Source of the DNA: an uncultured delta proteobacterium
GTDB lineage: Bacteria > Desulfobacterota > Desulfobacteria > Desulfobacterales > QNYZ01
Assembly: GCA_963845145.1 (NCBI GenBank)
Contig: CAWJQU010000008.1
Coordinates: forward strand, 64,001-128,000
DNA length: 64,000 nt
Direction: 5' to 3'
The notes under the pieces are model-generated. The model worked only from the letters and a program-made list of their open reading frames with translations. It was not told where the DNA came from and did no database searches. The translations under genes and the position numbers were made by a program. Positions 17,835-28,650 of this stretch are shown here, piece after piece. The stretch's first letter is position 1, and each line of letters starts with the position of its first letter.

Positions 17835-20180
17835 CTAGTGTGCTATTTTAATCTGGCCGGCATCTGTTTTCGACTCAAGCTCAATGCCCACCCGAAAAGA
17901 TTGAAGCCCCTGCACGCCGGGCAGGTCTTCCACATCCAACCTTTCCAAGTCCTGGGTCAGATAACCTTCCGCCTGCAAATAATGGATATGATGTTTGATC
18001 TCTCTGGCTTCATCGGTACTGGAATAGATGACGGCAATCTTTCCGGGTTGGGTCAGGCGTTCACCGGTATTTCTGACGACGGCCTTATCGACGCGGGATT
18101 TAATAATGGCGTGGCGAATATCATAGGCGCCATCCACACTGAATCGCTTTTCATCAAATCGGAATCGGATGGAAAGAGGAACATTCTGCACCAGGATCAG
18201 CTGCCCGATATCCAGAGGTATCTTAAGAGAGGCTTTGAGCGCTTCGACCCGTTTGGCCATGCCGCAGGCCACTTTGAGCTGCCAGAGGCGCAAGTTTTTT
18301 AGGTAAAGCGCATGAAACTCGCCATTTTCCATCATGGAGGCGCCCATATACATCATATAATCGACGCCATCGGTTTCGTGTCTCTCAAAATAATGGGGAA
18401 AGACCGCCTGCGCCTCAGCCTCTTTGCGGTCCAGGTAATTGGCCAGTTTTTGGCTAAGGGCTGAAAAACTCTCCTCAAAATCCTGACGAAGCTGGTACAC
18501 CGTTCCCATTTGCCCGTCAACGGTCAACTGGTAGGTGTCAACCGCCCGCGAAACTTTCAAACCCATGCCGTTTAACCGAGGAAAAAGAGACTCCACCTCT
18601 TCGCGCAAAAACCGAACCACAGACAGCTCATCACCCGTGTCCAGACTCGCTTTCACTTTTTCGATATAGGCACCAATCCGCCCCAACAACTCCTGTAAAA
18701 TGGGGAGTGGCTGGGCCTGGTTTGCATACCGGATCACATCAAAGCCCAATTGCAGGTGCTTGGTCAAATCGGACTGAATGGCCAGATTGCGCTCATTGCT
18801 TGATCCGCGAATATCGGCGGAAGCGTAAAGAGGGTAGACACTTTTGAAGGCAATGGGCTCAATTTCAGCATTCGGGTCCAACCGTAATTTCTCCAGAAAC
18901 CCTATGGCTGCCTGGCGAAACCGCCATTCCACCGAGGGGTGGATGGCGGTGCAGTTCTCCTTGATCACTTTCTGCACCTGATAATTGAGCTCGTCCAAAG
19001 CCTTTTCGAGGGCCACCGAGAACATCGGCAGGATCTGTTCCATCAATAGGGCATCCATCGGTCCGAAATCCCGGGGACGGGGTGAGCCAAGGTCCAATGT
19101 GCCAATACATTCATCTTTGTTGCTTAAGGGGGCGATCAGGCAGGAACGAATGCCGTTATTGACGATTTCCTGCTCGAGATTCCCCTCGGAGACGACATCG
19201 GCCATATCCGGCACCCGGACAATTTCATTGCGATCGACGGCTTGTTCGAAGACACTCCCCTTGAACTCTTTAAGCGGCACATGCCTTGTGTCGGCGAAAA
19301 TACAATTATGGACCATGTCCGTACCCGAATTGAGCAGCAGGACCTGGTCATCTTGAAGGGCCGCCAGGGAAGCCACTATGTCGGGCCGCTTAAAAAGCGT
19401 TCGGATGTTCTGTTGAATACTTAAAAACCCCTCTTTGGATACAATCGACTCCTGATCGATCAGGTCCCGTTGAAGGGCGGAAACCATCTCGGTTTCAGTG
19501 ATATCAACGGCCCTTAAAAGGACAAATCCCCTCAGTTCGAAATCCTCGGGGGACAAGATTTCCCGCAACACTTCCGGCTCGGTGACATGCTCCCTGAGAC
19601 GATGGCGTTCTTCTTCCGTCAGCTCTCTCGGGGTTTTAAGCGCATGAATCTCCACAAATCGAAAATCCATTTCAATCTTGAAATGACGATCCAGCCCGGT
19701 ATCCGGATCCTGAACAATTCGAATGACAGGATAATCAATGCGCTGTTTAATCCCGTAAAATTGTTCCAGAATGAAAAGGTAGGCCCGAATCACCCGCCCG
19801 CGATCAAATTGTTTTCTACCGACATTAATCTTCCCTTTTAAACGGCCATTTTCATCAATAAAAAACTGCTTAAACCGCGGCGAGATAAAAAAGGGTTCAA
19901 TGGAGAATGGTATCACCGCCCCAATGATATCGGTCTCCCATGACAAGGGCGAAATGACGGTCCCCATCAGCCGCTTCACCAGGTCACGATGCTTTTCTAA
20001 GACGGCCGCGTCCCGAATCGGGCCCCGCAGTTTTTCAGCCCCATTCAGCAGATCATTAAGGCCCTCGCGGTTAAAGCCCAGGGAGTGATCAAAATCCGCC
20101 TTTTTTTCCTGGATGTAGCCCAGAAGCGGGTCGAAACTCAACACGGATTGAAAGGCATACTCGTCAATGTTATCTGTCAT
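17835..20180 (-). CDS. GAF domain-containing protein with large uncharacterised C-terminal region
   Basis: GIRSCLIAPL..ECIGTLDLGS GAF-like segment; C-terminal YFERHETDGVDY and RFRFDEKRFSVDGAY. Confidence 0.7.
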   Translation of the reverse strand: MTDNIDEYAFQSVLSFDPLLGYIQEKKADFDHSLGFNREGLNDLLNGAEKLRGPIRDAAVLEKHRDLVKRLMGTVISPLSWETDIIGAVIPFSIEPFFISPRFKQFFIDENGRLKGKINVGRKQFDRGRVIRAYLFILEQFYGIKQRIDYPVIRIVQDPDTGLDRHFKIEMDFRFVEIHALKTPRELTEEERHRLREHVTEPEVLREILSPEDFELRGFVLLRAVDITETEMVSALQRDLIDQESIVSKEGFLSIQQNIRTLFKRPDIVASLAALQDDQVLLLNSGTDMVHNCIFADTRHVPLKEFKGSVFEQAVDRNEIVRVPDMADVVSEGNLEQEIVNNGIRSCLIAPLSNKDECIGTLDLGSPRPRDFGPMDALLMEQILPMFSVALEKALDELNYQVQKVIKENCTAIHPSVEWRFRQAAIGFLEKLRLDPNAEIEPIAFKSVYPLYASADIRGSSNERNLAIQSDLTKHLQLGFDVIRYANQAQPLPILQELLGRIGAYIEKVKASLDTGDELSVVRFLREEVESLFPRLNGMGLKVSRAVDTYQLTVDGQMGTVYQLRQDFEESFSALSQKLANYLDRKEAEAQAVFPHYFERHETDGVDYMMYMGASMMENGEFHALYLKNLRLWQLKVACGMAKRVEALKASLKIPLDIGQLILVQNVPLSIRFRFDEKRFSVDGAYDIRHAIIKSRVDKAVVRNTGERLTQPGKIAVIYSSTDEAREIKHHIHYLQAEGYLTQDLERLDVEDLPGVQGLQSFRVGIELESKTDAGQIKIAH

Positions 20181-20383
20181 AACGCGATCCTCACTATAGC
20201 GCGTTTAAAATCATCCGTTGACAGGCCGCTAAAAACCGCTTAAGCGAGCTCATGTCCCTGACTTCCAACGGTTGGGTCCAATACAATCGTCTGATCATTT
20301 CAAGTCAAAAATAACCCCTTTAGTGATCATAAGCATCAATTAATTATATGCCAACAATAGATGTCAATGATTCTGATCGCCGA

Positions 20384-21136
20384 TTATTTTTGCGGTAAAA
20401 TGGATGAAATGCCATCAATTAGGGCGCACACCGCCTGGGCGGCTCTATCAAAAGCCAGGGGCAGGGTCCAGGACGCTTTGTCTCGGTCGCCCACCTGGTT
20501 GCTGGCCGACCGAATTTCTAAAAAGGGGATATCGTAATGAATGCACACATGCGCCGCGGCGACACCCTCCATATTCTCCATGAGGCAACCATATGCGTCG
20601 GTTAACTTTTGGGCCCGTTGGTCTGTGGCGGTCACCGTCACGACCGTCAGAAAAGGACCTAAGGCGACCTTAACGGTGCTATCGGCCATGGTCTGTTGTA
20701 ACCGCTTGTAAGCGCTGCGGGCCATATCCTGATCAAACGGATACCGGTTTTGGATACGGATCGATCCTTTTTCTAGAAGGGGAAACGGCAGCGGAGCAAC
20801 CGGCAGATCGTCTGCGAAGACTTCGACCCCCAGTTGGGCGTCGATTTCCTGGGTAGCAATGCCGATATCACCGTTGGTCAGCCCCGATTTTTCGAATACG
20901 CCGGCACAACCGGTCTGGATAACCAGCATGGGCGGTTCGGCCGATATCGCCGCCGTCAATGCCCGGGTTGTATTGATAAGACCCGGCCCGGTCTCCAGCA
21001 AGTGAACATCTTGACCGGCTAGGCGGCCGGAGAGATCCAGCCTACCGTCTTTCAGGGATTGAGGCGGTGCCTCCAATTGCCGAACAAACCCTTGGAGTTC
21101 ATCGGAAACCGCCGCGATGACGAGTATGGGGGCCAT
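20384..21136 (-). CDS. mqnB: Futalosine hydrolase (MTA/SAH nucleosidase superfamily)
   Basis: QTGCAG, ENMEGVAAAHVC, EIRSASNQVGDRDKASW; start moved to ATG 21136, just after the HIT stop. Confidence 0.8.
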   Translation of the reverse strand: MAPILVIAAVSDELQGFVRQLEAPPQSLKDGRLDLSGRLAGQDVHLLETGPGLINTTRALTAAISAEPPMLVIQTGCAGVFEKSGLTNGDIGIATQEIDAQLGVEVFADDLPVAPLPFPLLEKGSIRIQNRYPFDQDMARSAYKRLQQTMADSTVKVALGPFLTVVTVTATDQRAQKLTDAYGCLMENMEGVAAAHVCIHYDIPFLEIRSASNQVGDRDKASWTLPLAFDRAAQAVCALIDGISSILPQK

Positions 21137-21137
21137 C

Positions 21138-21470
21138 TTACCAGACTTTCCCCCCCAGCAAATGCAGATGCAGGTGAAAGATCCGCTGCCCACCGCCATA
21201 TTCCACATTAAAGAGCAACTTATAGCCCTCATCGGCGGTTTTTTGCTGTCGGGCCATGGCTTTACCGGTCATCAGCAATTCGGCCACAATATCACGATCG
21301 GCGTCGGTGAGATCGTTAATGCTGCGAATATGCCGCTTGGGAACAATGAGCAAATGAATGGGGGCATGGGGGTTGATATCCTTGAAAACCACGACATCGT
21401 CGGTTTCGTGCAGAAATTCAGTATCGGTCTTGCCACCGGCAATTTTGCAAAACAGGCATTCCGTATCCAT
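21138..21470 (-). CDS. Histidine triad (HIT) nucleotide-binding protein
   Basis: CLFCKI, FKDINPHAPIHLLIVPKRHI, HLHLHLLGG. Confidence 0.93.
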   Translation of the reverse strand: MDTECLFCKIAGGKTDTEFLHETDDVVVFKDINPHAPIHLLIVPKRHIRSINDLTDADRDIVAELLMTGKAMARQQKTADEGYKLLFNVEYGGGQRIFHLHLHLLGGKVW

Positions 21471-21834
21471 TGAAATATTTCCCATAGATTGTTTTATTCG
21501 TCCTAAACTGCCACCTAAACTCCGAGTTGGTTTGATGTAATAACCTGTAATTTAATCTTAATCGAAATTGATCAGGTTGGCAATATCGGTTTTAAGGCCC
21601 CTTTTGACGCTTACCCGCAGGCCGACAATCTGATACCAGACAGATAGCCCTCCCCCGCATGCTAACCTAATTTGAGCGATTTTTTGAGAAGGTATGTGCC
21701 AATATATTGAGGTTAAAGCAATGAGGATCTCCATGCTACCGAATTATTTTGATCTTTTAGATTGAACATTTCTTTTCAACCGGGTATGTTGAATAGTTAA
21801 ATTTTTTTCACGCTTTTTTGGAGGGTTAAAACAC

Positions 21835-22951
21835 ATGTCGCTTCCAAATCTAAAATTCGGCGATCTCGTAGCCCGGCTGCCCATTATTCAGGGTGGCATG
21901 GGGGTCGGTATTTCCCTTTCCGGTCTAGCCTTCCGCCGTTGCCAATGAAGGCGGCATCGGTGTCATTGCCACAGCCATGATCGGCATGAAGGACCCTCAT
22001 CGAAGCACGGACCCATTGGGTGCCGATAACCGGATTTTATCCGATGAAATCCGCAAAGCCCATGAAAAAATGACCGACGGCCTACTGGGTGTCAATATCA
22101 TGTGCGCCCTGACCAACTTCAAGGAGTTGGTGGTGACCTCACTGAAGGAAAAAGTGGATGTCATTTTCTCCGGTGCCGGTCTGCCGCTTGATCTGCCCAA
22201 ATATCTGGGAGAGGTTTCCGACGAGTTAAAGGAGAAGGTCAAAACCAAGCTTGTACCCATTGTCTCCTCGGGGCGCGCGGCCAACGTCCTGTGTCGCAAA
22301 TGGCTGTCGAAATTCGACTACCTGCCCGATGGCTTTGTGGTCGAAGGGCCCAAGGCGGGCGGGCATCTCGGTTTTAAGCCCGACCAGATCGACGATCCCA
22401 ATTTCTCACTGGAAACCATTGTGGCGGATGTTATTAATGCCGTCAAACCTTATGCCGAAAAAGCCAAACGGCACATTCCGGTTATTGCCGCCGGCGGTAT
22501 ATATTCCGGCATGGACATCGCCAAATTTTTACGTATGGGTGCTTCCGGGGTCCAGATGGGCACCCGCTTTGTTGCAACCCATGAGTGCGATGCCGATATC
22601 GCCTTCAAACAGGCCTATATCGACGCCCGTCAAGAAGATATGACCATTATCAAAAGCCCCGTCGGCTTGCCCGGACGAGCGGTTAGAAACAGTTTTCTGG
22701 ATGATGTCGCCGAAGGCAAACGAACGCCGAATAGATGTATTTTCAAGTGTCTGCACAGCTGCGATGAAAAAAAAGCACCCTATTGTATCGCCCAAGCCCT
22801 GGTCAACGCTTACAGGGGAAAACTCAAACACGGGTTTGTTTTCGCCGGAGCCAATGCGTATCTTGTGGATCAAATCGTTTCGGTCAAGGAACTCTTAACC
22901 TCCCTTAAAGATGAATTTGAGACTTTCTGGAACAAGGAAGAACCCGTCTGA
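21835..22951 (+). CDS. Nitronate monooxygenase/FabK-like flavoprotein with a +1 frameshift near 21931
   Basis: MSLPNLKFGDLVARLPIIQGGMGVGISLSGLA continues as SAVANEGGIG after one extra T; VEGPKAGGH, VIAAGGI, GVQMGTRF. Confidence 0.85.
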
Positions 22952-23041
22952 TCCGCCGAACAACGTTTTAAACCGGGTAAAGTGTATAGTTTAGGTACAC
23001 GGGTCCGCAACACCCCGCCGCCTCAACCCAAAAGAATATCA

Positions 23042-23293
23042 ATGGCCTCACAACGCCCTCAACTCAACCAAAATCCGAGTGGTCATTTCTTTGTCGACGA
23101 CCGTTGCATCGGTTGTACCCTATGTACTCTCCTGGCCCCGTCTTTTTTCAGCGAAGACCTCTCCCAGGACACCGCCGTCGATACCGCCTATATTCGGCGC
23201 CAACCCATCACCACTGCCGAAACGGCACTGTGTCGTGAAGCCGTACTGAACTGTCCGACAAATGCCATTGGGGAAAAGGGACCAGGAAAATAG
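23042..23293 (+). CDS. Single-cluster ferredoxin
   Basis: VDDRCIGCTLC...CPTNAIG. Confidence 0.8.
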   Translation: MASQRPQLNQNPSGHFFVDDRCIGCTLCTLLAPSFFSEDLSQDTAVDTAYIRRQPITTAETALCREAVLNCPTNAIGEKGPGK

Positions 23294-23484
23294 CCGATTA
23301 AAAACAAGGCGTCCCGCAGTGAAACAGATTATTGCGATCAGCCAGGGCCAATCAGCCCTCTATCTATGCAAAATATCAAAAACAGGTAGGGCCTTCGGTG
23401 AATGGCCTTTCCAGAAAGTGGTAAAGCGGTCCCCCACCGGTAGGTGGTCATAAGCATGTTTTTAGTTCGATGGCATACTTCCCG

Positions 23485-24075
23485 TTATGGCCGCAGAATA
23501 TCCTGGACGTGACGCATCGTCATCAGGGAGCACCCGTTCATCAGGACAAGCAAAACGGCCAGAGCGATAACGACGATCATGGCCGTTTTTTCCTTACCGT
23601 CCAGGCTGACCACCACGCCACAGAGGAGCAAATAAAGACCGTATAATGAAACCACAAGGGATATCAGGATGCCGAGGCTTATGCTGATTCCGAACAGAAA
23701 GGAGAGCGCGGCGTTGACCGGGTAAAGGACCATCAGTGCTGCAGAGACCCGCACACTGGCCTCATAACCGGGATTGCCGTTGCAGGCGGCTGAAATAAGC
23801 AGCACGATACCCCCGCTCACGAAAAGTCCGATGACGGCAAATATTATGGATTTGATCGGGGCCAGGATCCAGCTACCACCGCCGACCCCTCCCAAACCGA
23901 TCAAACCCCAGATCAGGCCAAAAACCCCGGCGACTGCACCATAAAGGAGTGCCTTGATCAGAGGCTCGACGTAGCCGCCTTCTATTGGCATGGTGTTAAA
24001 ATAGGACTTAGGATCTAAAATGACCGCCTTTGAATCATCGATGAGTTTCTGAATATCAACCCCTTGTACCACCAT
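23485..24075 (-). CDS. Yip1-domain membrane protein
   Basis: VILDPKSYFNTM followed by ~5 TM helices; GGGGAGG SD before ATG 24075. Confidence 0.7.
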   Translation of the reverse strand: MVVQGVDIQKLIDDSKAVILDPKSYFNTMPIEGGYVEPLIKALLYGAVAGVFGLIWGLIGLGGVGGGSWILAPIKSIIFAVIGLFVSGGIVLLISAACNGNPGYEASVRVSAALMVLYPVNAALSFLFGISISLGILISLVVSLYGLYLLLCGVVVSLDGKEKTAMIVVIALAVLLVLMNGCSLMTMRHVQDILRP

Positions 24076-24568
24076 AATCGCCTCCCCATAGAGATACAGT
24101 AAATAGAACCACTTACCCATTCCATTAAATCAAGTATAGGTCAAGGCACCCTAAACGACGTTATCAGACCTTAGGCAGGATTTTGCAACCACTACTAATT
24201 GATTGCTTCACCTTTTCCTTAAAAAAAAAGCAATCATAAAGGGCAATTCCAGAATAAACTCCAGCAAAAACCCGAAAAGGTATAATCCCAGCACAAAGGG
24301 AGCCTGCAAAAGTGCATCCACCTTTACTCTTTTGCCGGATTTGATTTTTCCCGGGCTACTCGCCAATCGTTTTTTTCTCCAAGCGGTCGATCTGTTTGTT
24401 GAGCGCAGCCACCCGACGGGCAAGTACCTTCACCTCAAGCTTGGCAGCCGGATTCATCTTCAGCCATGGTCATGGCGCTCTGCCAGATGGAGATATACTT
24501 TTCGGCATAATCCGTCAATGTATCGCCCCCCTTGCGCAACAATTGCACCAGGACACCGTGATATCATC

Positions 24569-24651
24569 ACCGCTGAGAACGCGGAGTACGCAGAGAAATG
24601 ATAACGTTTCGTATTATTCATGACCTCTGCGATCTCGGCGAACCCTGAGGT
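24569..24651. repeat. REP-like imperfect inverted repeat built from CGCAGAG-type units
   Basis: ACCGCTGAGAACGCGGAGTACGCAGAG ... CTCTGCGATCTCGGCGAACCCTGAGGT. Confidence 0.55.
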
Positions 24652-24690
24652 AAATTATCAAAGCCCGGCAAATATAACAGCCTTTGGAAC

Positions 24691-25359
24691 TTATTTTTTC
24701 AACCGGTCTTGTAACTTTTCCACCCCGGCATTCAATTTTTCAACCGCATCAGCCAGCTGTTTTAAATCGCTCTGGGCGGATCGCTTAAACGGTTTGGGCA
24801 GCCATTGGAAGATTTTCTCGACGCCATCTTCGACCTTATCCATTCCGGGAAGGGCTTCGATGTATTTTTTTCCGGTCTCGAATAAGTCGTTGATCCGGTC
24901 ACTCGGATCGGCCTGGAAGTTTCCCTTCAATGTCCGGACATCTTTGACGAGTTTTTCGGATAGCGCAACCACCTCTCCCAGGGCCCCCTTGGCCAAACTT
25001 TGGCCCTCTTTCAGGTAATCGCCGAGAACCCGGCCGGGGTCATCGGTCAATTCTTTGATAAGATCCCGCCCCTCTTCTCTCAAACCGGTAATTTTATGCT
25101 CGACCTCGTCACGGGCATCTTCCAGTATTTTCAGGCCATCATCTTTAATCTTATTCACCCCCTTTTTTGGATCCTTTTTCAACAGATCCAATGTTTCCCG
25201 GGTGGCCGCAATGGATGGCGACACCAGTTTAGAATTATATTCGGTGGCGAATTCAGTTAACTGTTGGGACAACTGGGTCAACCGGTTAATGACAAAGTAA
25301 TCCGATTCCGATTTGGATGATTGCGTTTTTGATGTTTTTTTTGATGCGGTCTTGGCCAT
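24691..25359 (-). CDS. Coiled-coil hypothetical protein, phasin-like
   Basis: Amphipathic helical, charge-rich ORF with AGGAG SD; C-terminal DLKQLADAVEKLNAGVEKL. Confidence 0.6.
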   Translation of the reverse strand: MAKTASKKTSKTQSSKSESDYFVINRLTQLSQQLTEFATEYNSKLVSPSIAATRETLDLLKKDPKKGVNKIKDDGLKILEDARDEVEHKITGLREEGRDLIKELTDDPGRVLGDYLKEGQSLAKGALGEVVALSEKLVKDVRTLKGNFQADPSDRINDLFETGKKYIEALPGMDKVEDGVEKIFQWLPKPFKRSAQSDLKQLADAVEKLNAGVEKLQDRLKK

Positions 25360-25641
25360 TTTTTGTCTCCTTTAATAAGTATATTGTTAATCTATCCACT
25401 GTGTAAGCGGTACGACAACGATTTAAGCTCTATTAGAATTGATAACGCGTTGCGTTATTCCTGTCAATATGATGCATCGCGTCATGATTGTCAAGCTTTG
25501 GGCAATATTTTTATTCTTGACCCTTAAATGGGGAACCGTTAGCATGCACTTTTAATAATTATTTACTCGTAACAGTCTTAAATCGCATACAATAGCTGTA
25601 TATACTTACCGAAATAGACTGCCAAAAGGAAACATTATCCC

Positions 25642-26599
25642 ATGAAACCACGCCGCTCAATCCTATCCGTTCCCGGCCATATCGCCAAAATGCATGCCAA
25701 AGCATGCCAAGGCAATGCCGATGTCATTATGCTGGATCTGGAAGATAGTGTACCGGCCGATGCCAAGCCAGGTGCCCCTGAGATCGTCATTGAATCGATT
25801 CGATCCCTTGACTGGGGCAACAAAACCGTATCCGTTCGTATCAACGGGCTGGATACCCCTTTCGGTTATCAGGATCTACTGGCCGTCGGCGAAAACGTGG
25901 GCCAACAGATCGATACAATTGTACTCCCCAAGACCGACGACGCCGGGGATGTCCACTTCGTCAGCCGCATGCTGGATGGGATCGAAATGCATAAAGGGTT
26001 CTCTAATCACATCGGCATCGAAGCCATCATCGAGTCGGCTCGTGGTCTGGCCCAGGTCAACCCTATTGCCCAAGCCAGCAAACGTCTCAAAACTCTTGTC
26101 TTCGGTATTGCCGACTATTCGGCTTCCATCGGGGCCAAATTGGTATCCATCTCAGGCCATGGCGAAGAAGAAGATGTCTATCCGGGTCATCGCTGGCACT
26201 TTGAAATGAGCCGTTTGGTTATGGTGGCTAAAGCACATGGCCTTATGGCCATCGATGCGCCTTATGGAAACTTTAAAGACACATCCGGCCTTGAACGAGC
26301 CTGTGCCATGGCCTGCGCCCTGGGATTTAATGGGAAATGGGCCATCCATCCCGGCCAGACTCGACACAATCAATCGTGTTTTTTCACCCTCGCAAGAAGA
26401 TGTAAACCGGGCTCTGAAAGTACTTAAGGCCTACGAAGCAGCCCAAGCCAAAGGGCGCGGGGCCGCCGCCATCGATGGCCGAATGATCGACGGCGCTACG
26501 GTTCGTTTGGCCCGCCAATTGAGAACGCAGGCGGAGTATCTTGGTTTGATAAAAAAAGAAGGGGGTGCGCTTGTAAAAGAGGAGGGTAATCACAAGTAA
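25642..26599 (+). CDS. CitE/malyl-CoA lyase family (HpcH/HpaI aldolase) with a +1 frameshift near 26359
   Basis: RRSILSVPG, LDLEDSV, VRINGLD, IIES, FGIADYSAS, GKWAIHPGQ; C-terminus (INRVFSPS..IDGRMID) in a shifted frame. Confidence 0.88.
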
Positions 26600-26972
26600 A
26601 ATTTAAAAAGCATGGTTGATATTTGCGATTGCCCCTACATAAGCACATCCATTATGGGATTTCGGGCGGTCTCGAAATGGATAAAAAATCAATGACGATT
26701 CAAAAAAGATCATACCCTAAGGAAACTGACCGTACTCAAATATATTGCGCTTAACCTTGATAATCAATAAACGTCTTGTTAACACAGTAATCATCAAAGG
26801 AGACTTGTATTGTCGTGGGAACCGTCTACGCAATGCAGAAATTAGAAAATCCGGGAAGAGAGAAACTCAGGGCTCGTGCAAAATTAACTCGTATTGAAAT
26901 ATGGAATCCTTCAAGCGGAATAACGGGTTCTTTATAGCAGGATTTCCCTATTCAACCTTGAATTTTGAATAT

Positions 26973-27152
26973 CTATGTCTGGTCGTCTATCTCTGCGTTT
27001 TGGACGTTTTTTTTGATAGACTCGATGGTTTTTATTACACTCTGTCGCTGTTTATACCCTTCTCCCGAAAATACGTTCCGACCGTTGGGGGCTTTAAACA
27101 GAAATCGGTATTCACCTTTTTTGTCTTTGTAAATTTCAAACTTGTACGCCAT
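26973..27152 (-). CDS. YegP/DUF1508 family small protein (59 aa, absent from ORF track)
   Basis: MAYKFEIYKDKKGEYRFLFKAPNGRNVFSGEGYKQRQSVIKTIESIKKN; AAGGAGG SD. Confidence 0.85.
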   Translation of the reverse strand: MAYKFEIYKDKKGEYRFLFKAPNGRNVFSGEGYKQRQSVIKTIESIKKNVQNAEIDDQT

Positions 27153-27273
27153 AGTGTCCTCCTTTTTGACCTGATAAAATTTACCTAAATGTTGGGGCTG
27201 TACTTTTTTGAAAACATTTATTCATTCGTTATCACTATAATATGTTAAAAATGTCAAGAAACATTCTAATTTC

Positions 27274-27987
27274 TTAGGTTATTAAAGATATTCCATACAA
27301 CGCACTATATCCAGCCAGGTAAAGTGTGGGTGTATCCCAAGTGTGTGGTGAAAAAGCTTCGACAACGGTCATGAGCAAGGGGATGGCAACCAGTGCAATG
27401 ATGAATTGTAATTGCGTAAATGATGAACGAAAAATAATAGCCACTATCACGCTTGCAAGAAAAACACATGCACTTCCTTCCAGGGTACGAACATATTTCT
27501 TTTTTGAAAAAAAGGCATACGTTGTATATTTATGCCTTCCGAACCGAATACCAATGGGCTCTGCAAGGCCATCTCCAAAGGCTACTATTAGCAGAGGGAT
27601 CCAAATTATTCCGGCCAAACCGTTTACTACAAAAAACATTACAGCCGGCACAAGTATCAAATAACCGGCAAGAATTTGGGTAAATAGCCACCAAAGCGTA
27701 TTCGGTCGGTCTTCCGGGCGATCGAATGATAAAAACATAGTGGCAACAATCGGCAGCCTCTCCCGAATAGGCTTGATATAAATAAACAAAACAAAAGTAC
27801 CGATGATACACCCAATGATAAACCGTAAAAAAGTTTGTTCATGTGGAAAAATGGATCTTAAAAACACAGGAACAAAAAAAAGAGCGAAGTGGTTTATCTT
27901 ACGTGTATAGTTTACCTTAACTCCCAATTGTCTCACTAAAAGACCGGTGGTAAATTGAATGGTAAGCAAGCTTGTTAAGATAGACAA
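27274..27987 (-). CDS. Phytol/dolichol kinase-like (cytidylyltransferase superfamily) membrane protein, 5' end probably cut by the IS
   Basis: YTRKINHF, FGDGLAEPIGIRFGRH, RTLEGS, HTWDT; strongly hydrophobic. Confidence 0.7.
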   Translation of the reverse strand: MSILTSLLTIQFTTGLLVRQLGVKVNYTRKINHFALFFVPVFLRSIFPHEQTFLRFIIGCIIGTFVLFIYIKPIRERLPIVATMFLSFDRPEDRPNTLWWLFTQILAGYLILVPAVMFFVVNGLAGIIWIPLLIVAFGDGLAEPIGIRFGRHKYTTYAFFSKKKYVRTLEGSACVFLASVIVAIIFRSSFTQLQFIIALVAIPLLMTVVEAFSPHTWDTPTLYLAGYSALYGISLIT

Positions 27988-27999
27988 CTGGAATAATAT

Positions 28000-28650
28000 A
28001 AAAATCCACCCCCAGAGGGGGTGGTATTAAGTTTACCCCTATAAGGGGGTAAGCCTGTCTCTTGCCCCCTGAGGAGGCGAGATTAATTGTCCCCAATTTT
28101 GGCGATGCTTATTTTTCTATCTTTTTCTCTTGTGCTTCTTGGTACTTAACATATTTCCGTATTCTATCGGCATCAAGGCCAACTGTATCAACACAGTAAC
28201 CTCTGGCCCAAAAATGATTACCCCAATAGGGCTTTTTCTTTAAATTGCGAAATCGATTGAATACACGTATTGCCGTACGTCCCTTGACGATGCCCATATA
28301 GTCAGATATCGAAACTTTCGGCGGTACCATTACCACTAAGTGGACATGGTCAATCTGGACATTTAACTCAACGATTTCGCAATCTTTTTGTTCGCTAAAC
28401 ATCCTTATACCGTTTGTAACTTCTGTAGCGACAGCACCTTCGAGAATTCTCAAACGATATTTGGGCGTCCAAACCATATGATACTGGCAATGCCAAATTG
28501 TATGTGATAACTTTCTGAATCGGCTCATTTTTTACTCCTTTCCTATTAGTTATGGGGACAACTATAAGATGAAGTAACTTATGAGCCGACTCTGTTCAAC
28601 CGGCAGAGCCGTTGAACTCTGACCACCCCCCAAGGGGGTGGTTTTCTATG
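28000..28650 (-). mobile_element. IS200/IS605 family element, TnpA only; boundaries approximate
   Basis: Y1 transposase flanked by subterminal hairpins CCACCCCC-AGA-GGGGGTGG (28006-28024) and ACCACCCCC-CAA-GGGGGTGGT (28622-28642). Confidence 0.88.
28109..28528 (-). CDS. tnpA: IS200/IS605 Y1 (HUH) transposase
   Basis: YHMVWTPKYR, DHVHL (HUH), FWARGYCVDTVG, KYVKYQ. Confidence 0.95.
   Translation of the reverse strand: MSRFRKLSHTIWHCQYHMVWTPKYRLRILEGAVATEVTNGIRMFSEQKDCEIVELNVQIDHVHLVVMVPPKVSISDYMGIVKGRTAIRVFNRFRNLKKKPYWGNHFWARGYCVDTVGLDADRIRKYVKYQEAQEKKIEK

Noticed and set aside
24435..24437. TGA in GCQA*GEGTC as selenocysteine
   Set aside because: No recognisable redox motif or family; a frameshift explains the region better
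26901..27188. Plus-strand 95-aa ORF
   Set aside because: Shadow of the minus-strand DUF1508 gene
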